Shown: one piece after another, positions 1 to 14,160 of the stretch
Layout of the letters: the number at the start of each line of letters is the position of its first letter
Position numbering within the stretch: position 1 is the first letter of the stretch
Origin: Antechinus flavipes
Taxonomy: Eukaryota
DNA length: 64,000 bases
Direction of reading: 5' to 3'
NCBI RefSeq assembly: GCF_016432865.1
Contig: NC_067401.1
Location: 38,936,001-39,000,000 of the forward strand
The notes under the pieces: generated by a model
Database searches by the model: none
The model's input: only the letters and a program-made list of their open reading frames with translations
What the model was told of the DNA's origin: nothing
Made by a program: the position numbers and the translations under genes

Positions 1-59
1 CTTACTACTGTGTTAAAATCCAGGGACCACCCATAGTTAGGGGTGTGAACTGCAGCAAC

Positions 60-300
60 CAACCTAGCAAAGAGACTGAGAAGGTGTGATCAGAGAAATA
101 AGAGGAGAGCCAATGCTATGAAAAACTGAGAAGAGAAAATGCAGACATGGGTGACAGTTTCAAAGGTTGCAGAAAGGTCCAGGACAATGAGAATTGAGAG
201 AAGGACATTAGATTTGTCGATTAAGAAACCATCAGTGTCTTTGGAGAGCAATTTCAATTGAATGATGAGTTCAAAAGCCACATTGCAGTGGCTTTTGAAG
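60..300 (-). mobile_element. L2 LINE RT fragment
   Basis: ORF 90-281 contains DKSNVLLSILIVLDLSATFETVTH, resembling L2 ...LILLDLSAAFDTVDH. Confidence 0.8.
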
Positions 301-1852
301 AAAGGAAAGAAAGTACAGGTCTGACCATGTCACCCCCTATTACTCAAGAAACTTCAATGGCTCCCTATCACCAGCAGGATCAAATACAAAACCCTCGGAT
401 TGGCATTTAAAACTCTTTATAACCTAACTCTCTTTTACTTTTTCAGTTTTATTTTACTTTACTCCAACTATGTATTCTTTCATCCACTAATACTGACCTC
501 CTGAATGTTCCTCTAACAAGACACTCCATGGTTAATTTGTTTTTTGTCTCTTTGCTTCCCACCACCTTTTGCATTTTTTTCCCATACTGCATATATGAAA
601 ATTGAACTTTCAGTTAGCTGAATAAGATCAGTTCTTCAGAGAGTAGATAGCCACAGAAGTCTAGATGATTAGATGAAGCGAATATTATATGTATAAGAAA
701 ATGTTTCCTACCCTACATGGATAGCTATCCCTTGGAAGAGATCTCACACACAGAGACCTTTGTCAGGGGAGCTCAGTGGGAGCTCAGGTGCTCTTGAGGA
801 CAAAAATACCAAAACCCCACTCCTTAAAGCCTGTTTATTTGATTATTATCCTTTAATTCTCTCTCACTATATTTAAAAGCAATATAATAGGTCTGAATAG
901 GAATTACCCCAAAACTATTCAAAAATGTAAAATCTGTCACTAATTATTGGCACCCTATTTTATAAGCACAACAGAGGAAACCTCTTCCTGAATAAGCTTT
1001 TTCTCCTTTCTCAGTCTCAAACTTTGATCTTATGGGCTTAGACAAGCATCAATATTACTATATCTACTAATAGTAAAATATAATTGAATACATAAATTAA
1101 TCTTTCAGCATGTTTCAGCTGTGAGAGAAGTCACAGCTAGAGTAGCTTTTTTTTTTTTTTTTTTTACTAATGGCTGTAACCTCTGACCTTCAAAACACTG
1201 GAATCTCAGTTCAACAATTCAATTCCCTGAAGACAGCAGTTAAAATCTCTCAAGAGATTCTTGGGATGGCTTCTCCACGGATAAGAAGTAAACTCAGTTA
1301 TCTCAAAAATGTCTCTTCAAACCCCCTCAAAGATGACAGTTAACTCCTTGAGTCCTCCCTCAGAGACACAAGCTCTCTTGACAGTTAACTGTAGTCTTTC
1401 AGAATCTTTTACCATGCTGTTAACTTGACAGTAAAATTGAATATGTACAATAAATGACAAAACTGATTTTTGACTCAACAATTTCATGACTGGACTTTAT
1501 CCTAAAAATTTAATAGAATAGGGACCAGATCCATTATTATATTGACATAGCAAGTTCCCTTTCAAAGAAGCTCTATTAATGAAGACTTATTAATAAAAAG
1601 AGACATATCTAGGTCATGCATCTGTTAACAAAAGAGATTAATTTATCCATTGCAGGAGAAGGATATGGAACAAAGACAGGCATGGAAGATGCCCTTAAGA
1701 TGATTTAGCTAAGGGAAATACCTTCACTAGAGTTGCTTATCATCATCCACCAGCCAAGCATCTAAGAATTTCTTGTAGGTTCTTTATACTCAGACTAAGA
1801 AGCAATGTTAGTAGCCTGAATCTTTTGCACCCTGAGCCAATCAAGATATATA

Positions 1853-1993
1853 TTTTTGTTAAGGCAATTGGGGTTAAATGACTTGCTCAGGGTAACATGG
1901 CTAGGAAGTGTTAAGTATCTGAGGTCAAATCTGAACTCAGGTCCTCCTGACTTCTGGGCTGGTGTTCTATCCACTGCACCACCTAGCTGCCCC
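1853..1993 (-). mobile_element. Marsupial tRNA-derived short SINE (WSINE1-like)
   Basis: Antisense ggggcagctaggtggtgcagtggatag...gagttcagatttgacctcaga. Confidence 0.85.
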
Positions 1994-4900
1994 AATCAAT
2001 ACTTTTTAAGGAAAAATTTGCCTAACCTGCATGAAGGAGGAGGTTAGGAAGATGGGCAGATCATGTAATAATAACAAAGGATGACAGAATAACAAAGAAG
2101 GTAAAAAAGATCTAGAGGTAAGTACCTAACATGTTAAGTGATTCTTTTAGAGAGGTTTTATAGAAGGACATGGATAAGAAGGTATGGATGCTTATATGCA
2201 CATTAGAGAGAGTACCTATCTTGCCATATATTTATGTAATGTAATGTTGTAGTGTTATTAAAATTACAACAAAGCATACTAGGAAATACAGAAATAAAAC
2301 AGAAAAAGTGAAAGGCAAAATTATTAGAATCAGAACTACATACACTAACTAAAACTATATTTGAGGAAAAAATAAAAATGAAGATAGTAAAACTTTAGCT
2401 GGACTTGAAAAGAAATACAAAGCAAACTTTTGTGCTTATTTTCTGTTAACTTATTTGGTTTTCTTTTATTAAGTACTGAAGATTTTAGGTAAGAGTTACT
2501 CCTCATTCTATTTTATTTCCTTGATTTTTTTTTTTTGCCTTTGTCAATGGCTATCAACTTTATAATAAAAAAATCATTTGTGTATTTTTTTTGTCTCCAT
2601 ACTACACTGTAAGCTCTATAAGGGACTTTTTTCTCATTTAAACTTCACATCATTGATAGTGCCTAGCACAAGGGCCTGTACATATTAGGTGCTTAATAAA
2701 TGTATCTTGAATTTAAATAAAGATACATAAGGAATAAATACAAATGTATAAGAACAAGCACTATTTGCCAAAAGATATATGGTGAGAGGAAATAAACAAG
2801 CATTTCCAATATTCCATCAACCTGTCAAAAATGTTTTTTGTTTTTAAACACAACAATCACTTTTTAGGATCCACAAGAAGATATTTACATATGCCTAAAT
2901 AAATATTCTTTCTCAAATATTCCCTTTATCTTCATTCTTTTTCTCAATAATCTTCACTTATTTCCCATCACATTAACTATAGAAATGTGAAGGAAGAGAG
3001 AGGTTAAAAAAAAAAAAACCAACCTTTTTTTTTGAAGTTCTAAATCCCACCCACTAAAGACTATTGTACCTTTTTAGCAGGAAAAACAACATATATAAAA
3101 AAAATAAAATTCAGAAATAAGTCTCTTTCTTCTCTAAACTCTTTCTGCTTAGCTTTCAAAGACATATATAATCTGATTTTATCATATACCTACACATGCT
3201 GATTAGGCTAGTCCTCTCATTGCAGTATAGCACAATGGAAAGAGCACTGGAGAGAAACCTGGATTTACAACCCAGTTCTAGAACTGACTGTATAATCTTA
3301 TGTAAGCTATTTTACCACCTAAGGACTCAATTGGTTCATCATGAAAGTTTGTTCATCAATAAATTAGCAATGTTGTTATTTACAACCCTATATCACAGGC
3401 TTGATGTGAATAGTATCTTGTTAACATTAAAGCACTATATAAATGTAAGCCACCATCTTTATTCCTGTAGAGAATAGGGACTGGACCTATGATTTCATTG
3501 ATATAGAAAACTTCTAAGTGAAGAAAATTTATCAATACAAGTTATCATCTACTTTGTAATTTGTAGCCTTATGCTGCTGACTAGAATACAGACAGGATTA
3601 AATAATTTATGCAAGGACACCTGTTGATCCCAAGTATCATATGTTAATTGCTTGAGACAAGCACTTACATAGATTGTGAACATTGTATGCTGATCACACA
3701 TGCATCATATCATACAAAAATCATGTGTAATCGGTATTAGTGACATGTTCGTTGCTTCTCAATCGTATGTCGCATGAATGACATGTGAATATCATCTGAT
3801 CCTCTGTGTTGAGTACATTACAAGTACCTTTGTGCATATCATATGTTGATCACATATCACAAATCAAAGGAATATCATATGCATTTCACCTCTTGGTCAT
3901 GTGTGTGTCAACTGTTGATCACTTGTACATAGCAATGTCTAGCTCAGTCTATCCTCTCCTTCTGAAAATGATAGCGTCTAAAGTTGAAAGAGAACAGGCA
4001 GTCACCTTGATAGAGAAAAATGCTGCAAAAAGCCAGAAATTTTAGTAACCCAATTATTGCCATTGTCACATATATCCAAACCAGTGAGTTCACAAGAGGA
4101 CAAGAGGTCCTTTCCCACTTAACACACAAGCAGAAAAGCCACACGGGGAATTAACTATCTTAGAGAAGAGTGGTTCCTGCACAAAAATTATCTGCAATGC
4201 ACTCATCTTGTGATTTGAAACCTCAGTCTTGTAGTCCACTTTAGAATTAAAAAGCACTTGGCTTTATTATCTGGCTCAGTGCAGAGCCCTGGCTTACAAA
4301 TGCACTTGGTCCAATCTGTAATGCAATCTACTTTGAGATGTGCACTACCATCCTGTTTCTAGAAGCACTTAACACAGTGCCCTGGCTCCAAATCCCCAAC
4401 AAAAACCCAAACATCAAGCACTCCTCTTTCTCCCAACCCTGGGTCTGGAGTTGGTCCATTCTAGACTCTCTACTATTCTCAGTTAAAACTTTTCTGAAAA
4501 TTAATCTCACTTCCCTGCTTCCCCCTTCTTCTGTCTTCTTGTTTCGTGAATGATCTAAAAAGGACCATCCATAATGTTCAGATGGGTCCAGGAACCAGTC
4601 AACAACTTCAGTCCCAGACCATGGTGGTGACAATAGCCATGTTAGTGGGTTTTTTGGATGGTGCAGTGATGATGTACAGCAAGGGCCAAGGGGGGCCCAA
4701 GTCATTTGAACCAGTTATGCAGTGACTACAATAATGTAGGGGACTTCAGAAAGATGGCGAAAGAAGTATCTATTCATGATTTCAGAGTTTCTTGGTAAAG
4801 AGGTAATAAACAGGAAGTACAGAAAGAGAGGTGAAATTTTTTAAAAGGCCAGGGGATCGATTTGTTTTGCTTGATTCTACATATTTGTTACAAGAGTAGA

Positions 4901-5115
4901 TTTTTATTTAGGGGAGAGTGAATTAATGGTCATGTGACAAAAGTTTTTTTTTTTTTTTAAAAGTGGGTTTTTTTTAATTGCACAGAAAAAAATAAAATGA
5001 GATACAGAAAGAGGCCTAAAGAAATAGAGCAATATTATTTAAACTATATATAACAAGTTCACAATTTGTTATCCAATCTTCTTTCTTCTTTGTATGTTGA
5101 AATATTTGTGTTTGT

Positions 5116-6283
5116 AAGATTAAAAGGGAAGCAATGAACTGGGAAAACATGTTTACATTTGAGGGTTCTGATAAAGGTCTCATTTCTAAAGTATATAGAG
5201 AATTGACTCCAATTTATAAGAATTCAAGCCATCTTCTAATTGATAAATGGTCAAAGGATATGAACAATTTTCAGATGAAGAAATTGAAACCATTTCTAGT
5301 CATATGAAAAAGTGTTCCAAATCACTATTGATCAGAGAAATGCAAATTAAGGCAACTCTGAGATACTACTACACATCTCTCAGATTGGCTAAGATGCTAG
5401 GAAAAGAAAATGATGAATGTTGGAGAGGATGTGGGAAAACTAGGACAAGTAATATATTATTGGTGGAATTATGAACGGATTCAACCATTCTGGAGAGGAA
5501 TTTGGAATTAGGCTCAAAAAGTTATCAAACTGTGCACACCCTTTGAGCCAGCAGTGTCTCTACTGGGCCTGTATGTATACCAAAGAGATCTTAAAGGAGG
5601 GAAAGGGACCCATATATACAAAAATGTTTCTGGCAGCCCTCTTAGTAGTGGCAAGAAACTGGAAATTGAGTGGATGCCCATCAGTTGGAGAATGGTTGGG
5701 TAAAATGTGGTATATAAATGTTATGGAATATTATTGTTCTATAAGAAACGATCAGCAGGATGAGTTCAGAGAGGCCTGGAGAGACTTACATGAACTGATG
5801 CTAAGTGAAATGAGCAGAACCAGGAGATCATTGTACATGGCAACAACAAGATTATATGATGATCAATTCTGATAGATGTGGTTCTCTTCAACAATGAGAT
5901 GATTCAGACCAGTTCCAATGATCTTGTGATGAAGAGAGCATTTACTCCCAGAACGAGGACTGTGGGAATGGAGTATGGTTAACAACATGGCATTTTCACT
6001 CTTTTTGTTGTTGTTTGCTTGCATTTTATTTTCTTTTTTATTTTTTCCTGTTTGATTTGATTTTTCTTGTGCAGCAAGAAAATTGTATAAATATGTATGC
6101 ATATATTGGATTTAATATATATTTCTATCATATTTAACATATTTTGGATTATTTACCATCTAGGGGAGGCAGTGGGAAAAGGGGGGAGAGGAATTGGAAC
6201 ACAAGATTTTACAAGAGTTAATGTTAAAAAATTATCCATACATATGTTTTAAAAATAAAAAGCTTTAATTAAAAAGAGAGAGA
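5116..6283 (+). mobile_element. 5'-truncated L1 (ORF2 C-terminus and 3' UTR)
   Basis: ORF2 motifs CWRGCGK and CPSVGEWL. 17-bp TSD gaaat(a/g)tttgtgtttgt at 5099-5115 and 6284-6300. Confidence 0.95.
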
Positions 6284-7147
6284 GAAATGTTTGTGTTTGT
6301 TAAGAATATTAAGTCATAATAAAGGAAAAATTTTATTTTTAAATAACCAATAGAATGAGGGAAAATTTGAATAGTTGAATCAAAATGACAGGATCTTATA
6401 ACTATTTTATTGGTATTATATGAACAATATCAACAACAATAATAAATCCTTTCCCAAGTATTGCTGATCTTCCCCTTGAGAGGGGACAATACCAGGGTAG
6501 CACGACTCAGATCTTAGTGCTGCACCTTGATGTCATTTATCAACTTGTATTACTTGCTATTTTGTAATTTTAGCTCCCATGAACCAATTCATTTATACTT
6601 TTAAAGAACCCTAAACAGTTGTGATTCCCAACATCTCCCCGAGTCTCTTGGCAAAGGTAATGCTACAGTTATTGTTCCTAACTTTTCTACACTGTTATTT
6701 TATCCAATGAAGAGAGAGGAAATGCCCCAGGGCCCTGTCTTGGGTTACCCACACTGTCACTAAAATGTCAGGAAATGGATAATAATCCAGCAAGATGGGG
6801 AAGAAATAAATAAATGGGCTGGGAGATCAGGGGTGGGTAGGGATCAGGAGAGAATAGTGTCACACAAGCAAAGATGTTGAAAAAGATCCAGGAGGAGGGC
6901 AAGAAAATAAAATCAAGAGCAACAGAGAGGTCAGGGAAAATAGAGATTTTTAAAAAGCCATTGGATTTAGAAATTAAGAAATCATTTATAACTTTATAGG
7001 GATTAGTTTCAGTCTAGCTGTGAAATCAGAAGCCCAACCAAGAGAAGTTGAGGAATAGGAGGTAAAAAAATAAAGATGTCCAGTATAGAAAATTATTTCT
7101 AAGAATTTGATGGTGAAAAGAAAGAGAAATACTAAATAAAAGATTGA

Positions 7148-8063
7148 TGTTAGAATTCTTACAAGGTGTTAAGTCAGTGAAATTGATAAAGACAATGGTT
7201 GTTTAGCAGACTGCTTAACAGTTCTCTAGATGTACTTAGTACTTACTACAATTCCACAAGATTCACAGCTTTAAGAGAGCATATATAAGCTAGGAACCTC
7301 AACCAGGATTGACTCTGGGAGATTCACAAGCCAGAGATGGCAATCCGGCAGAACAAAGGAAGACAGAGAAATGGTGGCAGGCTGTCCGGTGGAGAACACT
7401 TGAACGAGATAAGGTGAGATCTTTCAAGGCAGTTGTGAAAATCCAGTAAGGCTGAAGAACTTTAAGCATTAAGTCAAGGGCATACTTAAAGTGTCTCCTC
7501 CTTACTATCCTCCTAAGGGCATACTTAAAGTCTCCTCCCTGTTATCCCCCTAAGGGCATATTTAAGTCCCCTTCTTGTTATCCTCCCTATGTACTTATTG
7601 ATCAAGTTCAATTTCTTGAGTAGTTCCCGTTTAGAATGTAAGATCCTCAGCCAATAAGGATGAGGGTCAGTGGTGGGAGGGGAATTTGCATTAGGATTAA
7701 AAGCGTTGACCCTGCTTCCAACCGTGCTTCCTCCCTTCGATTGTCTGCTCAATGGGTGAGATGTCCGATTCTCAAGAAAGTATAATAAACTTTGTTTTGC
7801 TTTTAGAGATCTCTCCAGTCTTTTTTTATTAGATGGTTTCTGACCCACACACACTGAAACCAAGATCCAGAAGGCCCTCCAGAAAACTAGCCAAGCCCCA
7901 AGTGAAGGAGATAAGATTTTGGAAGAGACAATAAAGGATTTGGACTTTAATCCCTGGCTGCATTTGAGGTGATTATTATACTGAACAGAAAGGAAGGCTG
8001 CTTCCAGAAGCCCCCCAAGAAATTTCTTCCAGAGAACATTATATTTTAGAGAAGAATATTACA
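7148..8063 (+). mobile_element. Solo LTR (family B) hosting the nested family-A LTR
   Basis: TGTTAGAATT...ATATTACA ends with 6-bp TSD GATTGA (7142-7147 and 8064-8069). TATA-like catatataagc and AATAAA present. Confidence 0.85.
7401..7851 (+). mobile_element. Solo LTR (family A, copy 1) nested in another LTR
   Basis: tgaacgag...cccacaca with 4-bp TSD CACT (7397-7400 and 7852-7855). Highly similar to 12850-13352 and 15189-15656. Confidence 0.9.
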
Positions 8064-11000
8064 GATTGACAGTTTGGGAGGGCCAAGTGAAGGATTTTTT
8101 CCCCCAAGAATGTAGTAAATGTGAGTAAGCTTGTGGGCATTAGGGAAAAAATAAGAAGGGAGAAACTGAAGATGAAATAAAGGAAATGATTAAGAGGGCA
8201 AACAGAATAAAATGGAACTGCGTGCATAAGTAAAAATGGTAGTCTTGGCAAGGAAAATTGCTAGAGTAAAGGAAGAGAGGATGGGTAAAGGTAGAGAAGG
8301 TTTTGAAGTATGGAATAGAAGAAATAAAGGAATAGAGAATGGCTAGTTTTTATTTAACCCATAAAAAAGATGGGGCAATGGACATCTGATAGATACAGCA
8401 ATAGGGGAAGCATTAGCAGTTTGAGGAAAGAAGAGAAAATTTGGAATAGTTCTTGAGAGGATTGGAACAGAGAAGTCAAAGCAGAATGTTTTTGTTGTGA
8501 AGCAAGGCAAAGATTAAATTCCTTGAATTTATAATGGATCCAGTTAACCAAATGGTTTGACTTCCCCTTCCCTTTAAAGCTAGGACTCTAAGGACTTTGG
8601 TAGATTAAAATCTATTCAATTCAATAAACATTTATTAAGCACCTATTATGTACATGCCCTGAACTGTACAAAGTAGATAGAAATAAGAAGAAAAAAGATG
8701 GACTCTAACCTCAAGGATTTACAATCGAATGGAGGGAGATTATACACAAAAGGAAATTGAAAACAGGAGAGAGAATCTGGGATGGGATTTAAATTCATGC
8801 ATTAAAAAAAAAAAAAAAAACTTACAAATCCAATCTTCACCTCTTCCATCATATCATGCTGCCTTCAAGTTGAATTTGGTCAACTACTCAAGATTATTAA
8901 AGGAGAAAAGTGATTCTGACTTCACTGATTATTCACAGGGACAACAGACTAGGAGAACAGAGAAGGATGGAGGTTTTAAAGGTCAAATTGAGGACAAAAA
9001 ATGGAGAAGTTAAAGACAGGAAATGATCATCAAAAGGGGAGAATTTTAGAATTCATAATCATGGGAGAGGCTTATGGTTATCATGAAATCTGAGGCAGGT
9101 CCATTTCTTTTAATGGCCAGGGTAGAATGAAACATACTAACTTTGCGTATATGTCTAAGTTAATGTAAAACATTTATTACTTTGTAAATATACACATGTC
9201 ACTCAAATACAGAAGCCACATTGCAAGTACATAATATCAAGCATCGTATAACAAAGTTGCATAGATATCCAAACACTGTGAGGTGATATTCAGTATATCA
9301 CACAACATGTTAGTGTTACATATGTAGTATATATACATTATATATACTTGACTAATGGTTAAGTTACATATGTTAATATGTAACTGTTTATACAGCATGG
9401 TAGCTAGGAGGCTCAGTGGATACTGCACTGATCCTGGAGTCAGGAATACTTTCTGGAGTTCAAACCCCATCCCAGATAAAAATAAATAAATACATACATA
9501 CATCCATTAAAAAATAATAAGAAGAAATATAGCCACTTTACAATGCTCACCTCCATAGAATCTTGCATTTTAACAAAGAAATGCAAAATGATTTTAAAAA
9601 AAAAAAGAAGAAGAAGAACATTGTATCTGAAAGTATATTCCTGTTTCTCATATGTAGATTTCCTCTTAAGAGAGGAGAGATAATGTTTCATCATCAGTCC
9701 TTTGGAGTCAAGATTAACCATTACATTAATCTGAGCTCTGATATCTTTTAATATTATTTTCCTTTTGTGGTCCTTGTGCAAATTGTTTGTTGGGAATTTT
9801 TGATGCAATGTTTGGAATATAATAAACAAGACAAGTTAAAGAGCTTAATATAAAAGGAGTTAAATAAGACTACATGACTATCACCAATACTTCATGTTAT
9901 GTGGCAGAACTCAAAGCAGGCTGTTTCTAAATCCTTCAAAGACATTTTATCCTCCCACCATTGACTCTCTACTATTCCTGTTTTGTTTTGTTTTTTGATA
10001 ATCAGGAAATCTAATTCCTGCTCCAGAGTCCACAGTGTAGCATAAAACCCCTCCAGTATTTTTATTATTATAGGCTGAAATTATTATTGCAACTCTCCCT
10101 TCCCCTCCCAACTCCAATGAAATGTCCTCATCCAGCTCCTCCTCTTCCTGCTTCCTACAATGCCAAAGGTAGCCATCTCTCTTCTAGGCCAAATCGCTTC
10201 CAAAGTTTATGTGATAATAATAATAATAATAATAATTGTCATCTACATAGCATGTAAAAACTAGCCAAGGAATTTATACAGGACTAAGCTCAAGATAAAA
10301 TATCCTTAGATTCCCTTACACACCTAAATAAAAGGTTTCTATTAGGTCTCTGTGAAAAGGAGGATGTGGGAAAGACAAAGAAAAGAACCTTCTAAGAGGA
10401 GATATTAACAAGAATTGTCCCTCATCCCCATACCATATTCCTTTAGCCATCATCCTGAAAACTTGAATTCTGTCCCTGGGATGGCAGTGTCTGATAAATG
10501 AGTTGTATCATATCTCTTCACTTTTCTGTATGTGTATAACAGCCCTTACCCTTGCCAGCCTCACTTTATGTGTTTTGTTCTCCCATTGAAATTTAAGTTC
10601 TTTGAGGGTAAAAAAGAAAAAAAGAAAAGAACCTTTTTAACCTGACAGGAAAACAGGAAGGTAAAGAAAAGAAAAGTTAACTCTGAATTGAACAGCTGAG
10701 ATATCCTGCTGGAGTTTCTGTCCTAAACTATGGGAGATGCCCAACACCCGGGGTTTGGAGATAAGGAAATTCCATTCTTGCTTCTGAAAAGTGAGAGGGG
10801 TAAGGAAAAGTCTTACTACAGGGACATGAGCTTAATGGAAAACTTCCAGGCAATTTGCAAGTCTCTGGTTCCAGCTGTTAGGGGATGATGGAAACTGAAA
10901 GGAATTTTCTCACCCCAGGCTAATGTAAGGGAACAATTCTAGGACCCAATTCTCTGCTCTAACTGAAGCATATCCCCTTTTGGGGAAGCATGCCTGGAGC

Positions 11001-11229
11001 TGAGTACCTTCCAGAACTATTTGTCTTGTTCCTGAGGCTGGCCCCTTTTTGATGACACATTTACCTTGACCCTTCTGGTGAACCTGTCAATAAAAGATGA
11101 CTAAAGGTGACCAAAGTCACCACGCAGCCCCTTCCTTTGCTTCTCCCTGCCTCCACTTACGTCATGGGGCGCATGTGTGCATGCATGTGTGTATACATTC
11201 TTAAGGTCTCTCTTAAGAACTTTAGATTG

Positions 11230-11480
11230 GATTGTATGACACGGGAGACACTGGGACAGGATCACCCACCACGGCGTGCCCTCATCAGAGAAGGTGCTGT
11301 GCTCTAGCAGCAATGCAGAATGGAATTAGCCCAAAGAAATGTGAGATGCACAAAATTAGAGAAGCTAGCCCAAATGTTTATAAAGACTATTTGTGTCTGA
11401 CCTGTGGCAGAGCATTCTGAGCTCGTACTGGTCTGATTAGCCAGAGTTGGACATGCTGTAACTCGACTCTAACATAGTGA
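11230..11480 (+). mobile_element. RTE LINE 3' end
   Basis: QD.P..RALIREGAVL...YLCLTCGRAF.ARTGLIS matches the RTE ORF C-terminal zinc-finger-like motif. Confidence 0.85.
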
Positions 11481-12849
11481 TAAAAATTTTTATCCTTTTC
11501 AAATATGAAGGACAATGCCCAATTATATATGTGTATATGTATACATATATATATGTATACAGATAGATGAGAGAGAGAGAAACAGACAGAGAATGAGATC
11601 TGTGCAGCAAGAGCCTCTCATTCAGTAGACTCTAAAGGAATAGTCAGTTTCCACACATTTCCTCTTTTCTTCTGAACATATAGTTTGGAAATAGGATAGT
11701 TTTAAAGTTTAAGGTGTGGAGGAAGTGCTCCAATCCAGTAATGGCAGCTGGTTTTTTCCACATGGCAGGAGATTGTGAGCTCTTCTAAGTGAGCTTTCGG
11801 CATGATATTCCTTTCTCTGAGCACAAATGGAAGGAAAACAATCTTGAGATGGACAATTCCAGCCTTGAGGACTCAAAGGGTCTAGAGTCAGTCAGACTCT
11901 ATAGTCATCTACTATTATAGTGCCAAGGACTATGCTAAGTGCTGAAGATACAAAGAAAGGCGAAAGTCCCTGTTCTCAAGGAGCTCACAATCTAATGGAA
12001 GGAACATGCAAACAACTGTATACAAACAATTTACATATAGGGTAAATAAAGATAATTATTTTATCAAGAGCGATTGAGAAAAGTTCTCATAGAAGATAGG
12101 ACTTCAACTGGGATTTGAAGGAAGTCAGGGAGAAAGGGAGATGGAGATGAGGAGGGAGAGCATTCCAGAGAGAGGGTTTAGTTAGTGAAGATACTTGAAA
12201 TCGAGAGATGGGATATCTTGTCAGAGGAACAGTCAAGAGACCTGGAGTAACTGAGAGATCCAGGTAACTGGTAGAGGAGATGCTTCCTGCAGCTATCATG
12301 ATGATTCTCAGAAAAAATGACCACCCACCAGGGGGACGAGCCCAAACATGTCCTAATTTTCCAGAAGATATGAACCTTGAGGGAGTTGCTTGTTCTGGTC
12401 AGAGGCAAGATGAAGGTGAAATGGCTATTCAATGGTCCCATAAACTGTTTTGTGTTTTGATGTTTTAAGTATCAATCTCGGGGAAGAGTACGATAGAATC
12501 TAAAGATTATTATCTCATGTTATAAGTCTTTATCAATATGTGTTTATGAGTCTTTAAGTGTGGCGGTATGGCTGTCCCTATGTAATATTGGGGTGTGTTA
12601 CCCGAAGAGAGGAAGAATAGACATCTCTAACCTTTTCTCCTCCTATTCTTCTCCAAGGGAATCTAGTTCTTCCCAGAAGGGCAGGTCAAAAGTTTGTCTA
12701 CTCTACACTTCTCAGAGAGAGTAGGGTGGGAACAAGAATTATATCTATATATTCTTTTAAATCATTAATCTAAGGAAGATAGTTCACCCTAACTTCTAAT
12801 AACTATCTCATTAATAGGGGAAGCAGGATCCTAAAACTTATATCCAATG

Positions 12850-13352
12850 TGAATGAGATAAGGTGAGATATTTCAAGGCAGTAGTGAAAATCCAGTAAGG
12901 CTTCATCTATTTCAAAGTTTGAGTAGGCCAAAGAACTTTAAGCATTAAGTCAAGGGCATAGTTAAAGTGTCTCCTCCTTACTATCCTCTTAAGGGCATAC
13001 TTAAAGTCTCCTCCCTGTTATACCCCTAAAGGCATATTTAAGTCCCCTTCTTGTTATCCTCCCTATTTCAACCAAACATGGGCAACAATGTACTTATTGG
13101 TCAAGTTAAATTTCTTGGGTAGTTCCTGTTTAGAATGTAAGATCCTCAGCCAATAAGGATGAGGGTCAGTGGTGGGAGGGGAATTTGCATTAGGGATTAA
13201 AAGCGTTGACCCTGCCCCCTACGGTGCTTCCTCCCTTCGATGGTCTGCTTGATGCCTGGGATGCCTGATTCTCGGGAGAACGTATAATAAACTTTGCTTT
13301 GGTTCTAGAGATCTCTCCAGTTTTTTTTATTAAATGGCTTCTGACCCACACA
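12850..13352 (+). mobile_element. Solo-like LTR (family A, copy 2)
   Basis: tgaatgag...cccacaca with the same internal layout as copies 1 and 3. No PBS, PPT or matching TSD visible. Confidence 0.88.
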
Positions 13353-13654
13353 GAAGTTATCATTGTCCATTTTTCCTTTTAAAGCTGGAAGTCAGAAGCA
13401 CTAGAAGCAACTGTAGAGACCCAAAAGACTCAATATTCAATGAAAACTGAAGCGCTCTCTTCTCTCCTCAGCTCCAACCTGATCCTCATACAGGTGCAAA
13501 GCATTGATCTCCAAGAAGAAGTCCTATACCAATGTACTTTGGGCCTTTGATTACATTAGCATTTCTTTTGTGGTGGAGGAATAAATCTACTTTATGCACT
13601 GAGTACTTTTCTAGAGGGCACATTGTTGAAAATTCATTTTAAGAGTGTGAAGCC

Positions 13655-14160
13655 CTACATAGCATTTCCAATCCCTTTGTTTTTGTCTGCTTGCATTTTT
13701 GATTTCTTTCTCAGGTTAATTTTACCTTATTTCAAAGTCCGATTCTTCTCGTGCAGCAAAATAACTGTATGGATATGTATACTTATATTGTATTTAACAT
13801 ATACTTTAACATATATTGGTCAACCTGCTATCTGGAGAAGGGAGTGGGGGAAAGATGGGGAAAAGTTTGAAAAGAAGGTTTTGCAAGGGTCAATGCTAAA
13901 AAATTACCCATGCATATATCTTGGTTTTTAAAAATTTTATTTATTTTTAACTTTTTAATAACTTTTTATTGATAGAACCCATGCCAGGGTAATTTTTTAC
14001 AGCATTATCCCTTGCACTCACTTCTGTTACGATTTTTCCCCTCCCTCCCTTCACCCCCTCCCCCAGATGGCAAGCAGTCCTTTACATGTTGAATAGGTTA
14101 CAGTATATCCTAGATACAATAGCATATATCTTGTAAAAACAAAGCTATACTAATAAAAGA
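13655..14160 (+). mobile_element. L1 3' end, interrupted by an antisense L1
   Basis: L1 3' UTR motifs shared with the other L1 copies in the window. Confidence 0.85.
13924..14121 (-). mobile_element. Young L1 3' fragment inserted antisense
   Basis: 12-bp TSD gcatatatcttg at 13912-13923 and 14122-14133, with a poly(T) tail on the left. Confidence 0.9.

Larger units (their letters stand above)
6760..8560 (-). mobile_element. L2 fragment split by the LTR at 7148-8063
   Basis: Purine-rich antisense L2-like sequence on both sides of the LTR (ccattggatttagaaattaagaaatc...). Boundaries approximate. Confidence 0.6.

Noticed and set aside
1170-1345. Short plus-strand ORF (MAVTSDLQN...) followed by AATAAA
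   Set aside because: Under 60 codons, with no splice acceptor and no recognisable homology.
5247-5872. ORFs of 75 and 133 aa as genes (also 17643-18098)
   Set aside because: These are fragments of L1 ORF2 from 5'-truncated copies.
10620-11100. Possible additional LTR
   Set aside because: It has an AATAAA, but I could not define TG/CA termini, a TSD or a second copy.
11157-11177. CRE-like TTACGTCA plus NRF1-like GCGCATGTG as a promoter
   Set aside because: Isolated short motifs next to an RTE fragment, with no CpG island or downstream exon structure.
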